A stretch of DNA of 64,000 nucleotides from an uncultured Erysipelotrichaceae bacterium (GCA_964370645.1 CAYJJS010000004.1:6613-70612), one strand, 5' to 3'. Shown: positions 50,773 through 59,466, counted from the first letter of the stretch. Notes: generated from the letters alone by a model not told the origin. Numbers and translations are program-made.

Positions 50773-51297
50773 TTATACAGTTTCTAAACAACCGTATCCT
50801 CCATCTTCTCTTTTATATACAACGGCAATTTCATTTGTCTCGTCATCGGTATATATAAAGAATGAGTGATTCAACATTTCCATTCTCATAATTGCTTCAT
50901 CAATATCCATCGTTTCCGGAGAAATAGATTTTGTACGTACAACATCTTGTGTATCTTCTTCTTCGTATTCTTCGTGCATGAATATTTCAGCCAATCCTTC
51001 TTTTCCTTTTTTCGATAATCTTGTTTTTTGTCTACGAATTTGATCTTCTAATTTATCAATAACCAAATCAATTGCTGCATATAAGTCATCATGTGTAACC
51101 TCAGCTCTTAATACAACCATTTTCGTTGGTATAGTAACTTCTATCTTTTGCCCTAATCGATATACTCTAACGACTACATTTGCTATCGCATCTTCATCAA
51201 TAATGAAGTATTTCTCTAAAATTGATAATTTATTCTCCACCTTTTCTTGAATAGCGGGTGTTACGCTTATATTCTTTCCATAAATTTGTACTTTCAT
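50773..51297 (-). CDS. hpf: Ribosome hibernation promoting factor, long form
   Basis: 174 aa. S30AE N-terminal domain (MKVQIYGKNISVT) plus the C-terminal dimerisation domain of long HPFs. Confidence 0.9.
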   Translation of the reverse strand: MKVQIYGKNISVTPAIQEKVENKLSILEKYFIIDEDAIANVVVRVYRLGQKIEVTIPTKMVVLRAEVTHDDLYAAIDLVIDKLEDQIRRQKTRLSKKGKEGLAEIFMHEEYEEEDTQDVVRTKSISPETMDIDEAIMRMEMLNHSFFIYTDDETNEIAVVYKREDGGYGCLETV

Positions 51298-51444
51298 ATC
51301 AAGTACCTCCTTCTAGTTACTTATATTATAAACAATACACATAAAAAAAATAAGTCTTTTAATCTTAAATTAATGGTGGTATACTTTAATCATAGAGGAA
51401 GAATATGCATAAGAAAGCGATACCAATAAAATCGCTTTCTTTTT

Positions 51445-52611
51445 TTATTTATTCTCTAATGCTAAAAGTTCATGCACTCTGTTTTGAATAAATTGTTCAA
51501 TTGCCTTTAATCTCCTACTTGAAAGATTATAACTAGGGTGTTTATCAAACTTAAAGTAAATCATCTTTCTTAGCTTTTGTTTTTGTCGTTGTGTAATAAA
51601 CTCTCTCGCTAAATCTAAAAAAGGAATATTATAATAGGACATCCTTGTTTTTGCATATGTATTTATGTTTTCAAAATGTTCAGGCATTCCGCATGAAATA
51701 ATGATAATCCATTATCAAAAACAGGAGCGAATGCAATCGGGGTATTTGTTTCATTTTCCACTAGTAACCCAAAATTTCCATAATGTCGATCTTGATTGCA
51801 TATTAAAGAATCAAAAATAAGCATATCTACAAACGCATCATAAAACGTTGGATTTTCTTTTCTCAGGTACTCGCCAACTTCGTAAATAGGTGCGTTCTTA
51901 ACAAAATCATAAATTTGTACATAGGAAACTTGTGGGCTTGTAAACAGCTCACAAGTAGAACAAATCTCTCTTCCATTTTGACAAATTATAAGTGACATGG
52001 TCAATGCCCATTACCGTAGCAATTTGTGAGGCCTAAAATTCAGAATAAGGTTCAAAGCCAGTATTGATTCCACCGCTTGAACCACCTTTATACAAATAAA
52101 TCGTGTTATGCTACCTTCTCTACCCTTTTCTCAACATCCCATTTGTTGTGAATTCTGGTGAAGAAGTAAACCCCTGAACCTTAACTCTTCCATAACCCGT
52201 ATATGCAACTGATGCTAATGTTTTCTCAAAGGTATTTTCGTATAAATTATAATCAGAAAATGCCCCTTCAAAATCATTATCTACCACCCAATAACTATCA
52301 TTTAATGATAAACCTTTACACCTTTTTATAATAGCAATAGTATCATTATGTGAAAGACCCATTTTAGCTAGTGAGCTATCCACAAATTCACGATTTTTAG
52401 GAATTACTCTTCTTTTTAACCATGACATAACACCTTCATCACTTAATACAAACCCGATTGGAAGCAAAGATATATAATTTGTGTTGACATTGACAATTTC
52501 ACATCGTTGTCCTTTAATTCCTTCATCAATATATTTGAAAGTAAGTAAAGAATAATCAAATTGTTTAAGCGTAAATAACATAGTGTCTCTCCCTTCCACA
52601 ATATACTGCAT
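51445..52611 (-). pseudogene. Decayed HipA-like kinase (toxin-type) gene
   Basis: HipA-like N-terminal, core (YKGGSSGG..EPYSEF) and C-terminal catalytic (CNQDRHYGNFG) segments lie colinear but in three frames. There is an in-frame TAG at 52033-52035 and at least two frameshifts. No hipB partner. Confidence 0.7.
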
Positions 52612-52682
52612 AATCCTACTACTATATTTAACTCTATTTACACTCGTTTTAAAATGGTAAAATCAACAACGATCAAGCAACC

Positions 52683-52707
52683 AAAAAAGCACTTCTCGTG
52701 AAGTGCT
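52683..52707 (-). terminator. Terminator of the SleC-like gene
   Basis: Minus-strand AGCACUUC-ACGA-GAAGUGCU followed by U6. Overlaps the stop codon. Confidence 0.7.
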
Positions 52708-53593
52708 TAATTTGTTAATTGTACATATACTTCATTTAGCTTATACCAAGTCGTGTTACCAACAATACCATCTGGCGTTAAGCCTAATAAATTTTGAAAA
52801 GCTATGACAGCCGTTGCTGTTGCATTACCAAATATGGAATCTGCAACAATGTACGGTATAGATTTGTAATAAATAGAAATGGTTTGTAATCGCTGTTGTA
52901 CAAAAAGTACATCACTCCCACTACTTCCTACACGAATTAGTTGCCCTGGATAAGGTGGTAATCCAAGCGAAGGTGTATCCCCATTTTTAATTTCATCTGC
53001 GAGTGTAAATAGTGCTTTCCATGTCTCTTCTCCTACAATTCCATCTCCATCCAACCCTACGATGTTTTGAAAGATTTCCACTGCATTCTCACTTGCACTA
53101 CCAAAAACACCGTCCTCAACTAATATGGGAATTGATGAATACACATTTCCAACCACATTTAGCGCCACTTGTACTTGCTTTACAACATCTCCATTACTAC
53201 CTAATCGAATAAAATAACCTGGATAGGCATCGACTTCTTCATCCGGAACGATGACACCCTCATAATCTGCATACTTAGAAAATATTAAATTCCACGTTGT
53301 TTGTCCAACGATACCATCTTGTACTAATCCATATCTTGCTTGAAAAGACAATACACTGTTAAATGTTTGTTGTCCAAACTTACCATCAATCTCATCAATA
53401 TCCTTTACTTGTGCATCAAACTCAGAAATACATATCAACATATATTGTAAAAATTGTACTTCCACTCCGGAATCATTAAACTGCAATGGTGAGCCAGGGT
53501 ATTGTCCACTTAAAAAACTGCTCGTAACCCCTAGACTTCCTAACTCTGCAAGTTTACGAACCGATACATACACATACGAAATTTTGTACCATG
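52707..53593 (-). CDS. 3' segment (294 codons) of the interrupted SleC-like gene: three further PG_binding_1 repeats
   Basis: No ATG or RBS; the track start is a GTG inside foreign sequence. It opens mid-repeat with WYKISYVYV, which continues the truncated repeat at 58240. Confidence 0.8.
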
Positions 53594-53616
53594 CCACAAT
53601 GACATACGGACACTTT

Positions 53617-55221
53617 TTAACTTTTTTCTGTGAAAGATAAATAATTTTCGATATTCACTTTTAGAAATACTTCAATATTCTTCTCTTTATCGATTTCAAT
53701 TTTCTCAACTAAATCATAGATCAATTCAAATGTAGGTGTCTTAAACGCGACAAATTTCTCAATGATTTCGCGACATTCTTCAAAAGATGCTTTTTCATTT
53801 TCATTCTCTTTCTTCAAAATTGTTTTTTCTAACGCCTCTTTTTCCTTTTCTAATCGTTCTACCTTTTCATCATACTGTTTTATTAACATGGTATATTGCC
53901 CGAGACTAATGATATCATTTAAGCGATCCTCATATAGTTTTAATATTATCTTTTCATTTTTTTTAATATCTTTGCTAAGCTCATCTACTCTATTCTGAAT
54001 ATACCTATTCTCTTGACTTTTCAAATGAAGTACTTTCTTCATAAAATTCTCTTGATTGAATTCTTTCATGAAATTTTTTCCTATTTCATGAAAATAATGC
54101 AATAGGTGTAATTCTAGTTTCTCATAACTAAACGAATGTGAACAACATACTCCATGCTTACTAAATCTTCGATAATATTCACATTGTCCATGAAAAGTAA
54201 TTCCTTTCTTCAACTTTTTTTTATAAATAGTAATTGCATGTCCACAGTCTTTACACACTAATAAACCTTGAAATAAATGCTTTTTCTCCCCTTTAGAGCG
54301 AAATTTACTATTTTTATCTAAAGCTTTTTGTACTTTATTAAAAACATCAACACTTACAAGCGCTTCATGAGTGTTTTCAACTACATACCATTCTTTCGGA
54401 TCTGTAGCAATTATTTTTTCTGAATTATAGCTCAACTTTCGAAACCTACCTTGAATCATATGACCTAGATACATTTTGTCAGACAGTATTTGCCTCACTG
54501 TTTGAGGGCGCCATATTCCAGTCCCCTTATTTAATTCTTCATTCTTTGATACGTAACGCTTACTATAAATAGAAGGAATAGGTACTCGGGCTTCTGTTAA
54601 TCTTCTTGAAATAACTGTTGTTCCTGCACCACTACTCGCCCATTCAAAAATTTGTTTTACATATTTACTTGAAATTGGATCTGGGATTAGGCGCTTAGGA
54701 TTGTTAGGATTTCTCTTATAGCCAAATTTCGGAAATGAAGCAATATAATCCCCTTTCTTCCTTTTTACATCAAATGTACTTCTTATTTTTTTTGAAGTAT
54801 CTCTTAAATATAAGTCGTTCACACTAAGACGAATTCCGAGCATAGCATCTCCTACTAATGAATCATATCCATCATTAATTGCAATAAAACGAACATTTTT
54901 TGTTAAGAAATATTCTTCAATATAAATTCCTGTTTCATATAATTCTCTTCCTAATCTTGATAAGTCTTTAACAATCACACAATTTATTGTTTCATTTTCA
55001 ATGTCCTGTTTCAATAGTTCGAACCCAGGTCTATTGTAATTCGAACCAGTAAACCCATCATCACTATAATATTTACTTATGATAAGATTATTAAACTTGG
55101 CAAATGATTCAATAATCATTTTTTGACTCTCGATTGAAGAACTTTCATCTCTATGATCATCTTCACGTGAAAGCCTAGTATATGCACCCACTAAATACTT
55201 TTTTCTATTGGTGCTTCTCAC
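53617..55221 (-). CDS. Large serine recombinase
   Basis: 534 aa. Resolvase catalytic domain (AYTRLSREDD), recombinase domain, Cys-rich zinc ribbon (CKDCGH...C..) and a C-terminal coiled coil. Confidence 0.9.
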   Translation of the reverse strand: MRSTNRKKYLVGAYTRLSREDDHRDESSSIESQKMIIESFAKFNNLIISKYYSDDGFTGSNYNRPGFELLKQDIENETINCVIVKDLSRLGRELYETGIYIEEYFLTKNVRFIAINDGYDSLVGDAMLGIRLSVNDLYLRDTSKKIRSTFDVKRKKGDYIASFPKFGYKRNPNNPKRLIPDPISSKYVKQIFEWASSGAGTTVISRRLTEARVPIPSIYSKRYVSKNEELNKGTGIWRPQTVRQILSDKMYLGHMIQGRFRKLSYNSEKIIATDPKEWYVVENTHEALVSVDVFNKVQKALDKNSKFRSKGEKKHLFQGLLVCKDCGHAITIYKKKLKKGITFHGQCEYYRRFSKHGVCCSHSFSYEKLELHLLHYFHEIGKNFMKEFNQENFMKKVLHLKSQENRYIQNRVDELSKDIKKNEKIILKLYEDRLNDIISLGQYTMLIKQYDEKVERLEKEKEALEKTILKKENENEKASFEECREIIEKFVAFKTPTFELIYDLVEKIEIDKEKNIEVFLKVNIENYLSFTEKS

Positions 55222-55292
55222 TCTACTTCCCCCTCTATCATAATTAATCAGATAACCTATGCCTTATACATTACACATTGAAAACAAAACTG

Positions 55293-55415
55293 TTAGACGT
55301 GCAAATTCGATTTTTGTTGTTTGAAGTACTTCACAACGTTTTCTTCCATCACTTTTTCTAACTCTTTTTTTGCCATTGAATGATTAAATATAATTTTAAA
55401 TTTTCTTTTATGCAT
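55293..55415 (-). CDS. 40-aa basic sORF upstream of the recombinase gene
   Basis: Not in the ORF track (too short). Encodes MHKRKFKIIFNHSMAKKELEKVMEENVVKYFKQQKSNLHV. Strong AAGGAGG RBS 7 nt upstream of the ATG. Confidence 0.4.
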   Translation of the reverse strand: MHKRKFKIIFNHSMAKKELEKVMEENVVKYFKQQKSNLHV

Positions 55416-55537
55416 AGTCTATCCTCCTTAATCAACTATTTAATTTGTTGTTATATTACTATATGATTCATTTTTTGATTTAGAATATCTCAAATTATTA
55501 CTTCTTATTAATCACCATTTCATTTATTAAATTATAC

Positions 55538-55572
55538 TAAAAAATAACGCAGTCAATGTAACTACGTTATTT
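55538..55572 (-). terminator. Hairpin plus U-run separating the cargo genes from the sORF-recombinase unit
   Basis: AAATAACG..AGT / ACT..CGTTATTT stem followed by a U-run on the minus strand. Confidence 0.45.
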
Positions 55573-55802
55573 GTTTAATATCTTATTTTGTTTACCCAAA
55601 TATTTACAATCAATCATCAAACCCCTCATTTATTTATAGGGCCTTTATTTCTCTTCTCATAATAAAATCAACCATTTCTAAGAACATTTACCTTAATAAG
55701 CTTACTTGGATATCATATGCTATAAACAATACAATTGTGATTATTTTTAATCACATAAAACGCTAATTTTGTCTATTATAAATATCTTTATGTTAAGAAA
55801 TA

Positions 55803-56090
55803 TCATCCAAAAATCATAAAGAAAGTAAAAGTGATTAAAGTAAGATTAATGAAAATTAATTTTGGATACTCATTTTTTTTACTTTTGTTCATGAAGAAAT
55901 AAGAAACGTTAAAATAAAACATCCATGTTATTCCTTGTAGTAAAAATGCTATTTCATTAGAAACATCGAAAAATGTAAAAGAAATAAAGAGTATAATAAA
56001 TGATGCAATGGCTCCGTAAATAAAGCTATCACGAATTTCATTAGTAAGATGTGTATTAAATTTCATGATTGACCTCCTTAAATATATCAT
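55803..56090 (-). CDS. Hypothetical 95-aa membrane protein (3 TM segments), element cargo
   Basis: Hydrophobic ORF. No family recognised. Confidence 0.45.
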   Translation of the reverse strand: MIYLRRSIMKFNTHLTNEIRDSFIYGAIASFIILFISFTFFDVSNEIAFLLQGITWMFYFNVSYFFMNKSKKNEYPKLIFINLTLITFTFFMIFG

Positions 56091-56329
56091 TCATCGAATA
56101 TTCTAAAGGCATTATTGAAATTGCCGTTCAGTTTTTATGATACATAACTGATGATAGCACCAATTATTCCTGTAACAAGCCCTATAACATCTCTAACACC
56201 CCTAATTTTGATCTACTATATCATAAAGTTGATGCTCCTATTCGTATTAATATTTACCACTTTTTATTTGTATTGAAGTATGTATAGCAACACATGTACT
56301 TAACACAATTGTTTTAACGTATTATTTTT

Positions 56330-56677
56330 TCATTCTCCTTCCGATTTGTTTTGGAATTCCTTTAAACCTTTAAAATTAAAATAATCTTCATATATATCAA
56401 AAAAGGTTAACATATTTGCTCGTTCTTCTTCTCTATCTTCATCAATATATTTCAATTCACTATTTTGCGTAGCTATATAGTACTCTTCATATGTTGAATT
56501 ATTTAGATCCGGTAAATTATAGTCTTGTTGCATAACTTCTAAATCATCTTCATAAAGCTTTTTGAATTCCTGCAGCGCATTCTCTCTGATCGGTTTAATG
56601 TAAAAAAGATGTACACATACAACTAAGAGAAGTAATGAAACTAAAGTTATACCAATCATCTTTATATTTTTTTTCAT
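56330..56677 (-). CDS. Hypothetical 115-aa membrane-anchored protein sharing a domain with the upstream amidase-like protein
   Basis: N-terminal TM anchor. The segment LEVMQQDYNL...Y..YY...L.FFDIYE parallels LEVIQKNMNL...Y..YY...LSFFDIYE in the 56704 ORF. Confidence 0.5.
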   Translation of the reverse strand: MKKNIKMIGITLVSLLLLVVCVHLFYIKPIRENALQEFKKLYEDDLEVMQQDYNLPDLNNSTYEEYYIATQNSELKYIDEDREEERANMLTFFDIYEDYFNFKGLKEFQNKSEGE

Positions 56678-56703
56678 AGCATTATCCCTTCCTAGTTAAT
56701 AGT

Positions 56704-57757
56704 TTACGGATTTCCAATTTTCCACAGAATTCTTGTTGAACCATCATTCACCCAACCTGTATGTGATGATAATTTGTAATAATTACTTGTATGTTGAGCA
56801 ATGTATTTAGTATATGAAGATGGTCCATTATTAGCGATATAGCCTATGTGATCTAAATGTCCATCCCCTCCGAAATCCGCAGCAATAAAATCTCCTTTAT
56901 TTAGATGTCCTACAAAACTACTCCAATATCGTGTTTGATTCTTTTTCCCCCATTTAGCACCAAACATATGAGCATTAATCCATGGTCCATTATATGGCCT
57001 CCAATTCGCAACTGTAATCATTCCCCCAGCTCTCGCAATTTGTGAAGCAAAATTCGCACAATCTCCGCCTTGAGTATAATAATTGTATGCAGGATTCGGA
57101 TTATTTGCATATCTAATTGCATAAGTGCTTGCTGCACTCACATTTGGCATTTGTGATAATCGTGTCCCTGTTGGAGCTTTCATTAAACCCTCTTGTGAGT
57201 TTTCTTGTTCTAAAGATATCAATCGCTCATTATAATCTGGAGAGATACTATCTATTTCGTATAATAAGTCAGCCTTATTCACTTTATACTCGTTACCCAA
57301 TTGTTCTTTTAATAACAATAGTTCATCATTATATTCATTATTTTCATAAATATCAAAAAATGATAGAACTTCTACTTGATCTTCTGAAGAAAAGATTTCC
57401 TCTCCATTTTCCTTAATATAATTGTAATATTGAACATAGTTCTTCTCATTTATTTCTGATAAATTCATATTTTTTTGTATGACTTCTAACTCTTTTCCAT
57501 GCTTTCCTTTAAATTTATTAAGTGATTCATCTCGCTCTTCATACGTGACTAATAAAGATATTTTCTTACCATCAACACTAAAATCACCATTAGTAATAGT
57601 TTTTCCCCAAGAAGAGTTTTCATTAATGAATTCTGCCGTTTTATCAGGTGTAGATAAATCTGATAAGCAGTTAGGGCTATTTATTTCCTGAGCATTAACA
57701 GCCACTATTGATCCAGTAAATAACAACATTCCCACAACAATATTTTTTATATTTCAT
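56704..57757 (-). CDS. Secreted putative amidase-domain (Amidase_6-like Cys/His) protein, with a 5' frameshift in an A6 tract
   Basis: The C-terminal segment GGDCANFASQIARAGG ... DHIGYI resembles the putative amidase domain. The RBS and ATG at 57757 are out of frame with the body by 1 nt. The track ORF starts on GTG at 57735. Confidence 0.55.
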
Positions 57758-58216
57758 TTTTGTCTCCTTTTCTTTAAATGTATTTTCCATTAAATTCATG
57801 TATATGTATTTATAGCTTTTTATAACTTTTAAAAAAACATATCAATCATCTCCTTTATTTAATTTTTAATAGCTAGGATTCTAGTGTACACTAACTTTTT
57901 AGCATCGTATTATTCATTTATTAGTGCTACTTTTAATAATTATATAATAACATATCCTTCTGCTTCAAACTAATATCATACACTATTCATGACCAACATA
58001 CATTTTGAAAGTATATTTTAATATATAATAAGCAATCAGCCAACAAATCCATCTGCGACTAACACCTTTGAATTTACTCTCGCCCTTATAGCCATTGTAT
58101 ATGCTTGATTAATACTACCTTTACAAACTCTTTCGAAATGAATGATTCCCATAATTTTGCTAACCTTTCAGTACAAATTTGATATTTTAGTTACTGACAA
58201 CGCTTATATTATGTTG

Positions 58217-59398
58217 TCACTTTTTCTTTGTTTCACATGTAGCCTTTCCAACAATTCCATCTACGGTTAGTGCGAATTGACGTTGTACAATTTCTACTGC
58301 TGCCTTTGTGGCAGGGCCATAAATACCATCTACTGGGAAAATAGGTGTGATTGCAGGATAGTTTAAGGCAATCGCATTCAGTTGTTTTTGAATCGTTGTA
58401 ACATCCAATCCACTACTTCCCAGTTGTAATGGAACACCAGGATAAGAAGATGTGATAAGTTCAACATTATTTGTTGTTACTAGTGAGATACTATCTCCAT
58501 AGTAAAACTGTAAAATTTCAAAAGCGCTATACCCTTGTAAAGCCAAATCCTGTGTCCCCCATTGTTTCAAACCTGGACAATCTGCAATTTTCCCATCACA
58601 ATATTCTGCATAAAAGGGTTCACTGAAATCTGCTTTCTGTATATACGTATTAAATATATCATCCACAATCTCTGAGATATTATCATAAATATTACGATCC
58701 TTAATAAAGTATTGGTCAAATCCTGTATTATTTGTAATCGTGTAATTATACCCCTTACTTGGATACCACTCTGTATACACTCGATTCAATACTAATGAAA
58801 TTTGACAATAAATATTCGCTCGTAGTGACTCCTCTTCCCATGTAGGATAAATTTCACTACAAGCAACATTTTTCACATACGAAATAAAGTCCACATTCAC
58901 ATCTTCAGCATTACTTGTGGGTGAGCCTAAATGTACCGTTACTGTTTTAGGAATAATTACATTTCCTAAAATTCTCGTTAAATTGCGAAAACCTGCCTCT
59001 GCATTTGTATCATAATTACTAAGCAAAGGATGATCTGGTATATAGCTAACTTTTTTAATTACTTCTCTTGTTTTATTAGGAATCAAGTTCAGAGGCAAAG
59101 TTGTATAAATTGTATCAAAAATTTGTACATTCACAACCTCTAAAACCTCATAGCCATTCGCCTTTACTTCTACATTGTATCTTTGATACGTTCTTTCTCT
59201 ATTGTTTTCATCTAGTGACAAATCCTTACTAGGTGCTTCTAATGGAATGTATGGTGTCTCACCATTTACATCTGTAATATAAAACGATTCACTACTCACC
59301 TGATCATCTTCAATCAAGTAAATTCTTACCATCGCTTCCGATATTGGAAATGCCTCTTTCGCACTTGTCACAAATACTCTTAAATATCCACTCGGCAT
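58217..59398 (-). CDS. 5' segment of the interrupted SleC-like spore cortex-lytic enzyme gene: 387 native codons plus 6 element-derived codons and a stop
   Basis: The start MPSGYLRV has an AGGGGGGA RBS. The segment VHLGSPTSNAEDVNVDFISYVKNVACSEIYPTWEEESLRANIY..LNRVYTEWY resembles clostridial SleC, followed by a first PG_binding_1 repeat truncated at GIVGKAT. Confidence 0.75.
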   Translation of the reverse strand: MPSGYLRVFVTSAKEAFPISEAMVRIYLIEDDQVSSESFYITDVNGETPYIPLEAPSKDLSLDENNRERTYQRYNVEVKANGYEVLEVVNVQIFDTIYTTLPLNLIPNKTREVIKKVSYIPDHPLLSNYDTNAEAGFRNLTRILGNVIIPKTVTVHLGSPTSNAEDVNVDFISYVKNVACSEIYPTWEEESLRANIYCQISLVLNRVYTEWYPSKGYNYTITNNTGFDQYFIKDRNIYDNISEIVDDIFNTYIQKADFSEPFYAEYCDGKIADCPGLKQWGTQDLALQGYSAFEILQFYYGDSISLVTTNNVELITSSYPGVPLQLGSSGLDVTTIQKQLNAIALNYPAITPIFPVDGIYGPATKAAVEIVQRQFALTVDGIVGKATCETKKK

Positions 59399-59466
59399 AA
59401 AAATCCCCCCTAACATACAATATGTTAGAGAGGATTTTACGTAAAGGTATGTGCCTAATTGAGGCA

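Larger units (their letters stand above)
53594..58239 (-). mobile_element. 4646-bp gene-intervening element with a large serine recombinase
   Basis: Bounded by CATG at 53590-53593 and 58236-58239. Precise removal fuses the two gene halves in frame. The recombinase gene is at one end, and all cargo genes are co-oriented. Confidence 0.8.

Noticed and set aside
51405-51491. 28-aa plus-strand sORF with RBS AGAGGAAG (MHKKAIPIKSLSFFIYSLMLKVHALCFE), considered as a type I toxin
   Set aside because: The reading frame runs straight through the strong terminator hairpin and into the antisense of the hipA-like remnant. A terminated transcript could not encode it.
52707-53597. The 296-aa track ORF as an independent PG-binding protein gene
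   Set aside because: Its start is a GTG with no RBS, 20 nt after the recombinase stop. Its first residues complete a repeat that is truncated at 58240. It is interpreted as the 3' half of the split gene.
56135-56212. TM-like reading frame (IKIRGVRDVIGLVTGIIGAIISYVS) in the 240-bp gap between two cargo genes
   Set aside because: It has no start codon and is preceded by two in-frame TAG codons. At most it is a decayed remnant.
58036-58152. 38-aa sORF (MGIIHFERVCKGSINQAYTMAIRARVNSKVLVADGFVG) at the other end of the intervening element, considered as an excisionase/RDF candidate
   Set aside because: It has a weak and distant RBS and no recognisable fold signature, and it lies in a long AT-rich promoter-like region. 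The evidence is insufficient to call it.
53594-58239. The intervening element as a prophage or an ICE
   Set aside because: At 4.6 kb it carries only the recombinase, a sORF and three cargo genes. It has no capsid, tail, terminase, relaxase or T4SS genes. It is more consistent with a minimal, probably non-transmissible, skin-like element.
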